From positions 293,577 through 357,576 of the forward strand of contig CAWCXQ010000003.1 of NCBI GenBank assembly GCA_963799675.1: a DNA stretch of 64,000 nucleotides, in the 5' to 3' direction. Within the stretch, counting starts at the first letter, position 1, and every line of letters starts with the position of its first letter. Of the stretch, positions 11,448 to 21,430 are shown in pieces. The notes beneath the pieces are model-generated. The model worked only from the letters and a program-made list of their open reading frames with translations, ran no database searches and was not told the origin of the DNA. The translations under genes were made by a program, and so were the position numbers. This stretch comes from an uncultured Chloroflexia bacterium (GTDB lineage Bacteria; Chloroflexota; Limnocylindria; QHBO01).

Positions 11448-11813
11448 CTAGCTGGCGACGATTCCCGTCGCGTGAAATGCGAAGACGGCCGCGCCGAGCA
11501 GGACCGCCATGATCACCACCAGGACCGCCATGTTGCGCAGGTCGCGCCCGACGTAGTGGTACTCCGCGCGAGCCGCCTCGGCCAGGGCGGAGCCGATCGG
11601 CGCAGAGCCGCGGCGCGCCGGCCGAGCATCGCGACGCATGGCGGGCTCGGGTACGGCGCTCATGGCCGGGGCCGAAGCGGTGGTCTCGAGGGTTGCCTCC
11701 GGCGCGATGGGTGCGGGCGCGGGCGCCGCAGCGGGCATCGGCCGCGGAGCGGCGCGGCGTGCGGGACGCTGCTTCGATCGGCGGTTCGCGGCCTTGCCGC
11801 TGCGTCGAGCCAT
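11448..11813 (-). CDS. hypothetical small protein with basic N-terminus and C-terminal transmembrane helix
   Basis: ORF only. Transmembrane segment MAVLVVIMAVLLGAAVFAF. Confidence 0.3.
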   Translation of the reverse strand: MARRSGKAANRRSKQRPARRAAPRPMPAAAPAPAPIAPEATLETTASAPAMSAVPEPAMRRDARPARRGSAPIGSALAEAARAEYHYVGRDLRNMAVLVVIMAVLLGAAVFAFHATGIVAS

Positions 11814-11941
11814 CGCTTCCTCGTGCTCAGACCGGTGCAGCCGCTCACGGCGGATGCATCCATCGGGGACAGTATGATACCAGCCGCCCGAGCCCCAATC
11901 AGCCCGACTGATCGGCCTCGCCGCCCTGGAGGGGAGCCGCG

Positions 11942-12460
11942 TTGGCGGAACTGAACCGCATCCTGAGCGAAAACCTTGGCATCGTGATCGGGACGATCGC
12001 AGCGGTCCTCCTGATCGTCGTCATCCTGCTTCTGGTGCAGTCGATCCGTCTCTCGCGTGCGGCGCGCCGGTACCGGGCGCTCGTAGGCGACGGGAGTGGC
12101 GGGACGCTCGTGAGCGTCCTCGAGCAGCACGTCGGGCGGGTCGATGCGGTCGGCTCGGAGCTCCAGGAGCAGCGTGCCGTCGTCGACCACCTCGAGCGCC
12201 GCTCCCGTGGCAGCCTTCAGCACATCGGCCTCGTCCGGTTCAACCCGTTCGACGATACCGGTTCGGACCAGAGCTTCGCGCTCGCCCTGCTCGACGAGCG
12301 CCGAGACGGCGTCGTCATCTCGAGCCTCCACGGGCGCAGCAACACCCGGCTCTTCGCCAAGCCGGTGACCGGCGGCGAGTCCGCCCATACGCTCTCCGAC
12401 GAGGAGCTGGAGGCCATTCGGATCGCGGTCGACGGCACCGAGGCGGGCCGGCCCGCCTGA
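11942..12460 (+). CDS. DUF4446 family protein
   Basis: N-terminal transmembrane helix. LVRFNPFDDTGSDQSFALALLD and SSLHGRSNTRLFAK motifs. Confidence 0.65.
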   Translation: MAELNRILSENLGIVIGTIAAVLLIVVILLLVQSIRLSRAARRYRALVGDGSGGTLVSVLEQHVGRVDAVGSELQEQRAVVDHLERRSRGSLQHIGLVRFNPFDDTGSDQSFALALLDERRDGVVISSLHGRSNTRLFAKPVTGGESAHTLSDEELEAIRIAVDGTEAGRPA

Positions 12461-13096
12461 ATGTCCGATCCGCCTTTCGACCGGCAGATCGAACCCGACC
12501 AGCGCCGACTGGCGGAGCGACGCCTGCTGGCGATGCTGCGACGGATCCACCGCAGCGAGCCACTGGCGCGCGACGTCCGCGTTGATGCGCTGATCGCCCG
12601 CGTGCGCTCCGAGCCCGAAGATCCGCGGCCCGGAAGCCATCGTGGCGCGGGCCGTCTGCTCCTCGGCGACGATGCGATGCGTGCCGTCGTCGATCAGCTG
12701 GTAGAGGGAGGCAGGCTCGTCCGGCGGGGCCACCGGGTCCGGCTGCCCGACCATGAGCCGCTCCTCGACCCGGAGATGCGGGAGCGGGTCGAGCGGCTCC
12801 TGGTTGGACTGCGCAGCGCCGGCGTCGAGCCGCCGCGGGTCGACGCTCTCGCCAGCCGCCTCGGCATCCCGCCTCCTATCATCGAGCAGCTGCGCACAGC
12901 CGGGGAGCTGGTTGCCGTGGCCCCTGGAATCGACTACCCGCGCGACGTGCACGCTGCGCTGCTCGAGCGGCTCGACCGCATGGCGGCGCGTGGCCCGATG
13001 GACGTCGCGCGCGTGCGAGATGAGCTGCACGCCTCTCGACGCTACGCGGAGGCGTTGCTTCGCGCTCGACCTCGGCGTCTGCGAGCGAAGCCCTAG
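12461..13096 (+). CDS. hypothetical protein with winged-helix-like repeats
   Basis: ATG immediately follows the TGA of the DUF4446 gene. Arg-rich helical protein. No assignable catalytic motif. Confidence 0.45.
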   Translation: MSDPPFDRQIEPDQRRLAERRLLAMLRRIHRSEPLARDVRVDALIARVRSEPEDPRPGSHRGAGRLLLGDDAMRAVVDQLVEGGRLVRRGHRVRLPDHEPLLDPEMRERVERLLVGLRSAGVEPPRVDALASRLGIPPPIIEQLRTAGELVAVAPGIDYPRDVHAALLERLDRMAARGPMDVARVRDELHASRRYAEALLRARPRRLRAKP

Positions 13097-13665
13097 GCCT
13101 GTAGCAGCGCCCCGAGGCGCATCAGCGCGGCTTCGGCGGGCGGACAGTTGTCTCCGGCCGCGGCGCGTGCCTGTCGGAATGCGGCCGCGGCAGCCGGGCG
13201 GTCGCCGCGCTGCTCATAGCGCTCGCCCAACGCCAGCAGCAGATCCACGTATCGGCCCCGAAGCAGCTCCCGACCGGTCTCGGCGTACGAGCTGTCGCCG
13301 TAGTACGGGCAATCATCGAGGTACTCGCCGCGGTACAGGCCGCGAGCCTGCTCCAGCGCCCGCAGGGCGTCGTCCGGATTGACCGCGCTTCCGGCGGATG
13401 CCATCAGCTGCTCGAAGGCGTCACGATCGCTCCATGCCACGAGGCGCGGGTCGAGCCGGTAGCGGTCGTTATGGAAGACGATGGTGGTCGATTCCTCGCG
13501 GTTCCGACGCCCCGGCTCGAGGGTCCGCCGCAGTCCGCCGAGCGTGCGGTGGAAGGCCAGGTCGGCACCGTCGAGGTCGACATCGGGCCAGATCACCTCG
13601 GTCGCCTCGTCCTTGGCCACACCCCGCTCCCCGCGGTCGAAGAGGAAGGCGAAGAGCAGCGCCAC
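13093..13665 (-). CDS. bacterial transcriptional activator domain (BTAD/SARP-like) protein, possibly N-terminally truncated
   Basis: TPR-like BTAD signature: VNPDDALRALEQARGLYRGEYL ... RYVDLLLALGERYEQRGD ... AAFRQA. Confidence 0.5.
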   Translation of the reverse strand: MALLFAFLFDRGERGVAKDEATEVIWPDVDLDGADLAFHRTLGGLRRTLEPGRRNREESTTIVFHNDRYRLDPRLVAWSDRDAFEQLMASAGSAVNPDDALRALEQARGLYRGEYLDDCPYYGDSSYAETGRELLRGRYVDLLLALGERYEQRGDRPAAAAAFRQARAAAGDNCPPAEAALMRLGALLQA

Positions 13666-13781
13666 CCTGGTCTACAACTCGGCAGGTCTGATCATCCGCG
13701 AGGTGGACACCGAGCCCTGGGGCGAAGATCACGTACGGCGGCAATGGAAACTCCTTCAGTTTCCCGAGCAACATCATCCTC

Positions 13782-14021
13782 GTGACTTCGTACCCGGAGG
13801 GCGCGACTATCGACGCACCTGCGCGGGCGATCGCGACGGGGTTCTACGGCAAGGTTCCGGGCGCCATTCCCAACGCCGGTCCGGACATCATCCTTGGCCA
13901 CGTTGTCGATTTCACGGCGGAGGGGCTCCCTCTGATCGTGTCCGACGAGCTCCTTGCATCGCACGGCCCGCGCGGGCCAGAGGACTTCTTCGCTGCTGTC
14001 TGCGCAGCCTTGGATGGTTGA
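13782..14021 (+). CDS. hypothetical protein
   Basis: ORF only. May be the C-terminal part of a larger frameshifted gene. Confidence 0.2.
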   Translation: MTSYPEGATIDAPARAIATGFYGKVPGAIPNAGPDIILGHVVDFTAEGLPLIVSDELLASHGPRGPEDFFAAVCAALDG

Positions 14022-14088
14022 GCGCCGGCCAAGCCATGCGGCAGCTTCGCCAGGCCGGAGCTAAGGAGCCAATAACGGAGCAGTTAAG

Positions 14089-14176
14089 CGGCGGCCCCGC
14101 GTAGGGTCTATCGGGGGCCGGGGCGACGTGACGGCGGATGGCATCGCGACGATGCGGACCGTGCAGGCGACCCCGG
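14089..14176 (+). repeat. interspersed intergenic repeat, copy 1 (hairpin plus core GATGCGGACCGTGCAGGCGACCCCGG)
   Basis: GGCCCCG..CGGGGGCC hairpin followed by the conserved core. Confidence 0.8.
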
Positions 14177-14276
14177 CTCCTTGGCTTGGTAAGCAGCCAG
14201 TAATCGCGTGCGACCATGGGAGCGGGCGTGCGCCGTCGCTGGGCCACCGGCATTCGCCGAGGTAGCCGCCGGCCTT

Positions 14277-15506
14277 TCATTGCAAGAGCACCCGGCCGAC
14301 GTCGAGCCACCAGCGATAAAGCGCCTCACGGTCGGCATCCTCACGCACCGCCCAAGCGATCAGGTCCTCGCCGTCGAAGATCCAGTCGACGCGCGCCCGG
14401 GAAGGGCTCGTGCTACAGAGCAGCTTTCCGCTACGCAGGCCGAACGACCAGTCCTGGTACGCCTTCTCGCCCTTGGCGCAGTCGCCCGCTTGCGCTTTGG
14501 CCAGCGACTTGCGCAAGCCGAACCAGAACTCGCTGGTCGCCGCGCCGCCGAAGGAAGTGGGACTGACGCGCAGCAGGAAGACAACGTCTGGCTGCGAGCC
14601 ACCCAGTGCGCATCGCAGGCCCGCCTGTACCGGGAACTTGGTCGGAGTCTCTCCAGGCAGCGCGGCTTGGGGGTAGTCGCTGCGTGGCCGCTCTTTCGCA
14701 CAGGCGCCCCACCGCTGGGTCGATCTGGTCAAGCAGGCTCTGCTCGGCGGCGTTCGGGAATGTGTTGTCCGAGGCGGACGGGCTCGGACTTGCCGACTTG
14801 CTGCTCGACGCGGCCCCGGATGGACCAGGTTCGGCGTTCGTGTTGGTCAGCAGGCCAACGGCCAGCACCACCGTGGCAACGATGGCGACGCCCACCAGTG
14901 CCGCGAAGGCGCCCTTGAGCGGCATGCGCCGCAGCGACCTCACTGCCATTGATTCGAGACGGCGTTGGCGCGAGGGACGGGCGGCACCGCTGGGCCGGAT
15001 GGCGAAGAGGGCGATCGGCTCGCGGATACCCTTGAGATGACGGCGGCCGCGCGGCTCCATGGTGAGCGGCATCGAGGTGCGCACCAGCGACCGCACGGTC
15101 TCGGTCACCAGCAACTCGCCGGGACCCGCCAGCGCACAGACCCGCGCGGCGATGTTCACCGCCGAGCCGACGAAGCCCTCGGCGCTATCTTCCGTCTCGC
15201 CCGCATGGATGCCAATACCGACGGGCAGCGGTCCGCCGGCTGCCGCCTGGCTGGTTGCGGCGTGCTCGGAATGGCCGGCCCGCAACGGATGGCGCTGCTG
15301 GGAGATGGAAAGGCGACGTCGAAGCCGTCGCCCTCGGTTCGGATCTCCGCTCCGTTGGTCTGCGCGACCGCAGCGCGAACCAACTTGCGATAGGCGCCCA
15401 GCAGCTCCGAAGCCGCCTTATCGCCGTGCTTCTCTACGAACTGGGTGTAGCCGCGCAGATCGGCGAACAGGAAGCCGCGGACGTGTGGCGCATCGGATTG
15501 GGCCAT
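14277..15506 (-). CDS. class III adenylate/guanylate cyclase with transmembrane helix and C-terminal extracytoplasmic domain, apparent frameshifts
   Basis: VRGFLFADLRGYTQF, EGDGF, GIGIHAGETEDSAEGFVGSAVNIAARV, then transmembrane AFAALVGVAIVATVVLAVGLL. Spread over 3 frames. Confidence 0.6.
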
Positions 15507-15548
15507 CGGATCTTCCCCACGCCCCAACGGGCGCTGGTCACCCTTCAA

Positions 15549-15668
15549 TCATGGGCGCTGCGGTCAAGGCGAGCGGCCAGTAATCGCGCGGTAAGCGGCC
15601 CTGCGTAATCATGGGCGCTGCGGTCAATTCGAGCGGCCAGTAATCGCGCGGTAGGCGGCCCTGCGTAG
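15549..15668. repeat. 60-bp tandem direct repeat, 2 copies, about 93% identical
   Basis: Unit TCATGGGCGCTGCGGTCAAGGCGAGCGGCCAGTAATCGCGCGGTAAGCGGCCCTGCGTAA at 15549 and 15609. Lies in the upstream region of the cyclase gene. Confidence 0.85.
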
Positions 15669-15689
15669 GCTACTAACGGGAGCAGCCAG

Positions 15690-15712
15690 GATGCGGACCG
15701 TGCAGGGCGACC
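15690..15712 (+). repeat. interspersed repeat core, copy 2 (partial)
   Basis: GATGCGGACCGTGCAGGGCGACC. Confidence 0.7.
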
Positions 15713-15721
15713 ACGTGCTTC

Positions 15722-16120
15722 TCAACTTGGAGAGGAACGGCTATCTCGGTAGACCTTCGAGGCCGGGAAGAGGGTTACGAGCAGTACGGGAACAAAGATG
15801 TATTCGAGGGTGTTGATTGCAGGCGGGATGGGCAGCGAGAAGAAGGACCCAGCGCGGTCTCCGATAATGGGGAAGAAGAAGAGGATCGAGCCGACGATCG
15901 CCAGACTCGAAGCCAGTCGGACTCTCCTGAAGAAGAGAAGCGCGAATGACGCTACGTCCAGCGCGAGACCAGTAAAAATCGTACCGATCGCAATGTAGCC
16001 AACGGTCTTCAAGTCGGTTGCGGGCCGGGACTCAAAGCCGAGTGGAGTCAAGAGAATCACTAGCAGGACGTTCACGACTAACGCAACGGCAAGCGCCAGG
16101 ACGTTCCTGGAGAGTTTCAT
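15722..16120 (-). CDS. hypothetical polytopic membrane protein
   Basis: Start MKLSRNVLALAVALVVNVLLVILL. Three to four predicted transmembrane helices. GGGAG upstream. Confidence 0.45.
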   Translation of the reverse strand: MKLSRNVLALAVALVVNVLLVILLTPLGFESRPATDLKTVGYIAIGTIFTGLALDVASFALLFFRRVRLASSLAIVGSILFFFPIIGDRAGSFFSLPIPPAINTLEYIFVPVLLVTLFPASKVYRDSRSSPS

Positions 16121-16278
16121 CCCTGAGACTCCCTTCTTGTGGGCAGGTGCGTAGTCAAGCCATGGCTGGGTAAAACTAAGACAGTATCGGCATTCGCGAT
16201 AACCGGCAGGAACCGGCGGGGCGCCTTCTAGAACCTTTGGCTGAACCTTGCTTGGAGCGCCCGGCACGCCTCAGCGCC

Positions 16279-16500
16279 TCAGCGCCTCACCGTGCGGTCA
16301 ACCAGCCAATAGGCCGCTCCGGTCAATATCACCGCCGCGATCGTCGGCCATGACAACACGGCCTCGAGGAGCACAGCGAGCGGATGCGGAGCTGGCCCTG
16401 GACCGCGGTAGTTGGCGAAGATGACGTACTGGACTGCGACCACTGTCAGCACGATTGCTAGGCCAAGGCCGGCAAGCCACGGAAGAATCGAACGCCTCAT
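16279..16500 (-). CDS. hypothetical small membrane protein (2 transmembrane helices)
   Basis: ORF plus hydrophobicity. Confidence 0.35.
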   Translation of the reverse strand: MRRSILPWLAGLGLAIVLTVVAVQYVIFANYRGPGPAPHPLAVLLEAVLSWPTIAAVILTGAAYWLVDRTVRR

Positions 16501-16547
16501 GCCAGCATGGTAGTTGCCCAGCGGATGAGCGAGCGGTGAATTGATTA

Positions 16548-16618
16548 GGGCGGCCCCGGGGGGCGACGTTGACGGCGGATGGCATCGGCGACGATGCGGA
16601 CCGTGCAGGCGACCCCGG
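16548..16618 (+). repeat. interspersed intergenic repeat, copy 3
   Basis: GGGCGGCCCCGGGGGGCGAC...GATGCGGACCGTGCAGGCGACCCCGG. Confidence 0.8.
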
Positions 16619-16828
16619 ATTCTGCCGAGCGGTTCGACCCCGGTAGCGGATCCTGGATCGCCACCACCGGCATGGTCGAGGCTCGCACCGCGTCCAGGGC
16701 CACCTGCTGCGCGAATGGCATCGTGCAGTGGAGGGCGACTACGGCAGCAGCCCGCTAGCCTCCGCCGTGCTGTACGAGCCCCGCAGCGGGAACTGATCGG
16801 CCACCGCTATCGGACGTGCGCCTCGAGG

Positions 16829-17353
16829 CTAGTGCTCGTCCGCCTCGTCCACAGGATTGGGGTCGAAGGGTATCTCCCCCGGATTGCCGACGGTCCTCCC
16901 GGCCGTGCTCGACATCAGGCCTCCGGACTGCACGCTGATGTGCCAGACGGGATGAATCTCATTCCAACCGGTGGCCTTGTCCGTGACCCAAGGACCGGTA
17001 ACCGTGATCTGCGACCCGACCTTGGGCAGCGCCAACGGGAACCTGGGGACTCGCTCGACGACCAGCGTGCCGTTGTTCTTCGAGTTGAGCAGCGAGGAAC
17101 GGACCCCGGTCATGCTGATGTGGTAATCCCCGTCGTGCTCGATGTAGACCTTGGTCACCTTGCCCGCCGCTTGCTGGCACGCGGAACGGACTACCAGTCG
17201 TGCCGGGTCGTGGACCCCCGTCATCGGGTTGCCCGTGTGGCAGTAGACGGAAGCAGCATCTGAAGCGTCGGGGGCCCCGACCAGCACCAAGGTCGCAACG
17301 ACTAAGACCAACGCGGCGCCTCTCCCGGGAGTTGAAGCGCGGAACGAGGTCAT
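16829..17353 (-). CDS. hypothetical secreted protein
   Basis: N-terminal signal peptide ALVLVVATLVLVGA. No known domain recognised. Confidence 0.45.
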   Translation of the reverse strand: MTSFRASTPGRGAALVLVVATLVLVGAPDASDAASVYCHTGNPMTGVHDPARLVVRSACQQAAGKVTKVYIEHDGDYHISMTGVRSSLLNSKNNGTLVVERVPRFPLALPKVGSQITVTGPWVTDKATGWNEIHPVWHISVQSGGLMSSTAGRTVGNPGEIPFDPNPVDEADEH

Positions 17354-17478
17354 TGGTCGGCATCCTGCCTGATTGTGCCGCTCATGATACTGCCCGGGCC
17401 CACGGCGATGCTGACTGTGAGCTCGCGGTTAGGGGTATGGCCAGCTGCGCAAGCTCCGGCTGCGTGCCGCCGAGCCGG

Positions 17479-17627
17479 AGGGCGGCCGCCCCACGTCCCC
17501 CAATAGGGGCGGCCGTCAGCGGCATTTATGCGCCCCAGATTGATGGCCGCCATGGGCCGTTGGTCCTCTCGGTGGTGACCAAGCCCTCGCCGACGATGGC
17601 GGCCACCGAGGTTCAGCCGCTCCGGGC
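17479..17627 (+). repeat. interspersed intergenic repeat, copy 4 (degenerate)
   Basis: GGCGGCCGCCCC..GGGGCGGCCG hairpin, then CGACGATGGCGGCCACCGAGGTTCAGCCGCTCCGGGCC. Confidence 0.55.
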
Positions 17628-17695
17628 CGTCGCGCCCGCCACCGTCCGTGGCCTTCGGATTGCTTGTCTTCGGGGATGTTCATAAGGCGACTTGG

Positions 17696-18049
17696 ATGGT
17701 CCGGATCGGTCTGCTCAGCCTGGCACTCCTAGCAGCTGCATGTTCGGCGCCCGCTCCGGCCGCCCCGCGGACGCCAGCGCCCACGAACTCGCCGGCGACC
17801 AACCCGGTGGTCGCGGGCGTTTCGACGGCCTGCGCGACTGCCTTTGCAACGGCAGCCGCGCTGTCCTTGCCGAAGGAGCAAGACCTCATACGGATCGTGA
17901 AGGATTGCCCAACCGCGGCTGAGGTTGCGGCCGCCAACAAGGCGATACCGGGCGCGCTGGAGGGACAGGATGTCGCCCCGTTTCTGAAGACATACTGCGA
18001 CGCCTACCTAGAGCTCAAAGAGTCGGCCGTGTGTAAAGCGCTTCGGTAG
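17696..18049 (+). CDS. hypothetical lipoprotein
   Basis: Signal peptide with lipobox LLAAAC. Ala/Pro-rich linker. Confidence 0.5.
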   Translation: MVRIGLLSLALLAAACSAPAPAAPRTPAPTNSPATNPVVAGVSTACATAFATAAALSLPKEQDLIRIVKDCPTAAEVAAANKAIPGALEGQDVAPFLKTYCDAYLELKESAVCKALR

Positions 18050-18063
18050 AGCGCGCTGTAGGC

Positions 18064-18130
18064 TCGGCCCCGGGCGAGCTTGCGGGCGCATGGCACCGGC
18101 GACGATGCGGAGCGTGCAGGCGACCCCGGC
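18064..18130 (+). repeat. interspersed intergenic repeat, copy 5
   Basis: GGCCCCGGGCGAG...CATGGCACCGGCGACGATGCGGAGCGTGCAGGCGACCCCGGCC. Continues into a 5' fragment of the small-gene family at 18141. Confidence 0.8.
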
Positions 18131-18140
18131 CTACACTGCC

Positions 18141-18202
18141 ATGCCCGCATTCAGCGGACTTAGCAGGGCCTGGGTGCAGGCCGAGGCAGCTCTCCAAGGA
18201 GG
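18141..18202 (+). other. 5' remnant of the small HicB-like gene family (MPAFSGLSRAWVQAEAA...)
   Basis: About 70% nucleotide identity to 25213-25275. Out of frame with the downstream VOC gene. Confidence 0.45.
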
Positions 18203-18751
18203 TTGGAAGCGATGTTTGCGGACTCTCCGTGTCGTCCGACGATTGCGGTTCGCGACAAGGTGAAGGCGATCGAATTCTACCGAGACGTGCTCGGTTTCAA
18301 GCTCGTGGACGCGAACCAGCCCGGCGCCAGCTTCGCCTGCGGTGGCGGGACGTTCCTTGAGATCTATCCATCGGCGTTTGCTGGGACTGCCAAGAGCACC
18401 GTCGCTGGATTTCAAGTGCCGGACCTTGAGGCGACGATCCTCGAACTGCGCTCGCGCGGGGTCACCTTTGAGGAGTACGACTCGCCCAAGACGACTGATG
18501 GGATCGCCCAGCTTGGTCCCAACCGCGGGGCGTGGTTCAAGGACCCGGACGGGAACACCTTCGCGCTGGTCCAGCTGGGTTCGTTGTTAAGGCCCCCGCC
18601 TTCGTTGAGGATGGGCCCCCAGGGCTGGACGGGGTTGGCACGCCACCGCGCTACTCTCGCCATGGCCGGGCATCGGCCACCGATGCGGACCGTGCAGGCG
18701 ACCCCGGCCTTCCGCCCCTTAGAGAGGAACCAGCCAATCGCCCTCAGTTGA
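18203..18751 (+). CDS. VOC/glyoxalase-bleomycin-resistance family protein (3' end uncertain; functional domain probably ends near 18590)
   Basis: IAVRDKVKAIEFYRDVLGF, LEIYPS, KDPDGNTFALVQ. The ORF runs on through repeat copy 6, which suggests a missed stop or frameshift. Confidence 0.6.
   Translation: MEAMFADSPCRPTIAVRDKVKAIEFYRDVLGFKLVDANQPGASFACGGGTFLEIYPSAFAGTAKSTVAGFQVPDLEATILELRSRGVTFEEYDSPKTTDGIAQLGPNRGAWFKDPDGNTFALVQLGSLLRPPPSLRMGPQGWTGLARHRATLAMAGHRPPMRTVQATPAFRPLERNQPIALS
18661..18709 (+). repeat. interspersed intergenic repeat, copy 6
   Basis: CATGGCCGGGCATCGGCCACCGATGCGGACCGTGCAGGCGACCCCGGCC. Confidence 0.8.
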
Positions 18752-19235
18752 GGATGAGTGTGCCGACCATTCCTTCCTCGGCATGGGCATCGATGGTGCA
18801 CCAGATCACGTATTCACCTGCCCGCAGGCCGCGAACGGTGAATACGGCGGCCTTACCCTGCAGCACGCTCGCGCTGGTGACCAGCGCCTTGTGTAGCTCG
18901 CGGCCGATTGCGAGGGTGTGGATGCCGTGCGATCTGTTGTGCAGATAGAACACGAGATCTCCGGCCGGTGCGGTGAGGTCCGCGGGCACGAAGTGACCAG
19001 GTGGACCAGCCATTTCGACGTCGATCGCGCCGGCCGGCGCCGACGTGGCTGGCTCGGTGGTGGAGCTGGCCTCCGGAGTCGGAGAGGCATGCTGACCCGG
19101 CGTGCGCGCAGCGGGGGAAGAAGTGGCAGGGAGCACGCTTGGTGGGACCGAGCACGCGCTCACGATGGCGAGCACGGCCAGTCCGATGGCGACCGAGTAT
19201 CTGACGGGTGCGCTCCGGGCTATGTCACGCTGCAT
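18744..19235 (-). CDS. cupredoxin-like (plastocyanin/azurin fold) copper-binding lipoprotein
   Basis: Lipobox AIVSAC. His/Cys/His/Met copper ligands in HNRSHGIHTL ... YVIWCTIDAHAEEGMVGTL. Confidence 0.6.
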   Translation of the reverse strand: MQRDIARSAPVRYSVAIGLAVLAIVSACSVPPSVLPATSSPAARTPGQHASPTPEASSTTEPATSAPAGAIDVEMAGPPGHFVPADLTAPAGDLVFYLHNRSHGIHTLAIGRELHKALVTSASVLQGKAAVFTVRGLRAGEYVIWCTIDAHAEEGMVGTLILN

Positions 19236-19287
19236 TGACGGAGATGATAGCCCCCTGAACCCTCGCCTCCAGTCTGGAGGGCGGGGC

Positions 19288-19722
19288 CTAGGGCGCCCGC
19301 GTCCATGTCGCATTCTCAAGGATGTCGACCCGCCCGCACCGATCGTGGTTCAGCGCCGTGAAATGCACCGATCCGCTGCCCTGCAGGGTCCATCGGTAGC
19401 GGCCAATCCCGTCCGGCAGCGCGAGGCCGCACCCGTTCCCGTTGAAGAAGTCGATCTCGTCACCGTTGACCACGACCTTGCCCTCGGCGTGGTTGGCGGG
19501 GTCCGTCTGCACGACCCGGTACTCATTGCTCGAAAGGTTCACCTGGGTCGCATGGAGGGGGTGGTACCACGTCCCGGCCAGGGAGCTCGGCACGGGACCG
19601 CCCGATGGCCACGGTTGAGTGGCGAACGCCGTTCTGGAAGGCGACGACGAGCCGGAGGCGGAGCACGCCGCCCCGAACAAGAGGGCGAGGATCACCGTCG
19701 ATCGGACTGCGTGCGGCCTCAC
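19288..19722 (-). CDS. hypothetical lipoprotein
   Basis: Signal peptide with lipobox LFGAAC. Confidence 0.45.
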   Translation of the reverse strand: MRPHAVRSTVILALLFGAACSASGSSSPSRTAFATQPWPSGGPVPSSLAGTWYHPLHATQVNLSSNEYRVVQTDPANHAEGKVVVNGDEIDFFNGNGCGLALPDGIGRYRWTLQGSGSVHFTALNHDRCGRVDILENATWTRAP

Positions 19723-19876
19723 CTTCGGATTCTCGGCGATCGGTTGCGAGCGCCTCGACGACCAGGACGACTACGACCTCGTCGACGATGCCGGTGTAAC
19801 CCAGGCCAACCGTGCCAAGCCGGATCGGGCAACTCTCAGCTCTTGACCTGTACCAGGCTGAGCGCGTTTTCCCGGG

Positions 19877-20272
19877 TCAACAATCCACGCCATCCAAGCG
19901 AATCCGGACGGTTGGTGGATGAGAAGTCTCCAGTCGTGACCGCGGCGGACGGCTCGACATCACCGCCTCGTATTGCGGCTGCCCGCTGCGCTGGCTGATG
20001 GCCTTGTAGGTGATTAGCCCCGCTCCCTCCGAGGAAATGACGCAAACATCGCTCAACTCGAAAGTGGACCATGACTCTGCGTGCCGAATGGCTCTAAGTG
20101 CCGCCTGCTTGTCCATGATCAAGCCGGGAACACCATAAGGCCATCGTCGGCCATAACCGCGTCGTAGAATCGCTCCCCATTTCGGACCGGACAGCGCTTC
20201 CCAGCCGCGACGCTCAAGCGCCTCAATCTCGTCGGATTCCAGTGTGTGCTTCACGCCGAGAGTATGTGCCAA
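19877..20272 (-). CDS. NTF2-like/DUF4440-like small protein (C-terminus possibly disrupted)
   Basis: EALERRGWEALSG ... MDKQAALRAI ... LITYKAISQR. Confidence 0.4.
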   Translation of the reverse strand: MAHTLGVKHTLESDEIEALERRGWEALSGPKWGAILRRGYGRRWPYGVPGLIMDKQAALRAIRHAESWSTFELSDVCVISSEGAGLITYKAISQRSGQPQYEAVMSSRPPRSRLETSHPPTVRIRLDGVDC

Positions 20273-20275
20273 CCC

Positions 20276-20434
20276 CGAGTACCGAGTGCATGCATCGTCG
20301 AGGGTCGCGGTGACTCCGCCCAGGCAGCCGTAACGGCGCTAGCCCGGGCGCCGCGAGGACTAGTACTAACCCGCCGCTTGCACCTGAGCACGGCGCAGGC
20401 TGATCGCTACCCGTTGGGTCGTCACGTGACATGA
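20276..20434 (+). pseudogene. 3' fragment of the small HicB-like gene family (..IVEGRGDSAQAAVTALARA..)
   Basis: About 85% nucleotide identity to 25375-25440 over roughly 70 nt. No intact 5' end. Confidence 0.45.
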
Positions 20435-21256
20435 CTCGACAGTGGGGCGCCCGCCATTGCATTCCAAGACTCCTGGGATACGCTCGGCTCGTGTCGACCG
20501 TCATTCCCTTCTACAGCCGTAGCAGTCTCCACGTGGACATCTACGATCGACTCCACGCCAGCCAGGAGGACGTTGAGTTCTACCTGCGCTGCGCACGTGA
20601 CGTAGGTCACCGCGTCCTCGAACTTGGCGTTGGAACCGGACGTGTTGCGATCCCACTGGCGACAGCCGGACTCGACGTCACGGGCGTCGATCGGTCTGAG
20701 CCAATGCTCTCGCTAGCCAAGCGGAAGGCGCGGATCATCAAGGAGGTGCGGGCGCGTCACCTCAGGCAAGGCGACATCGCCAGCCTGCGTGTTCGAGGGG
20801 AATTCGACGCGTATTCGCCGCTTTCAGGGTGTTGATGTCGCTGCTCACTCCAGAGAGCCAGCGGCAGGCGTTGCAGGCGGTCCATCGTCGCCTTCGGCCA
20901 GGCGGGCTACTGGCACTCGACGTATTCGATCCGTTGCTTGATCGCGTCGCCCCTGGACCCCAAGCTCCCAGCGAGCGCGGAGAGGTGCGACATCCGTCCA
21001 CGGGGCACCTGGTACGCGTCACGGCAGTCGAGCGCCACACTGATCCGATCGCCCAGATCCTGACCGAGCAGTGGCGCTTCGCTGAGCTGGACCACGATGG
21101 GCAGGTGCTCCGCGAAGAGGAGAGAATCTCGCGCTTCGGTGGACGTACCGCTATGAGATGGCGCACCTGCTCGAGCTGTGTGGGTTCGAGCCGCTGGCCG
21201 AATACAGCGACTACGAGGGTCCCCTCCGGCTTACGGACGCGAACAAATCTGGCTAG
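20431..21256 (+). CDS. class I SAM-dependent methyltransferase, apparent frameshifts
   Basis: Motif I VLELGVGTGRVAIPLA. GGLLALDVFDP. C-terminal WTYRYEMAHLLELCGFEP. Spread over 3 frames. Confidence 0.6.
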
Positions 21257-21430
21257 CGAGTCGCAAGCCCTAATCACAAGCCGCGTTCGGCTTCCACCTT
21301 GAGGGTCCGACGGCGGGCTCCGAATACCACAACCCTCGCGGCGATCGGCGCCAGACCGCATAACCCGCCCCCCAAGAACATGACGCCAAGTACCTGCTGC
21401 TCAGGCACTACCGGGGCGCGCCGGCACCGG

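Noticed and set aside
11660-13030. Minus-strand ORF of 456 residues
   Set aside because: It is antisense to the DUF4446 gene and the following wHTH-like gene. The composition is Arg/Ala/Pro-rich and typical of GC-rich noise, with no motifs.
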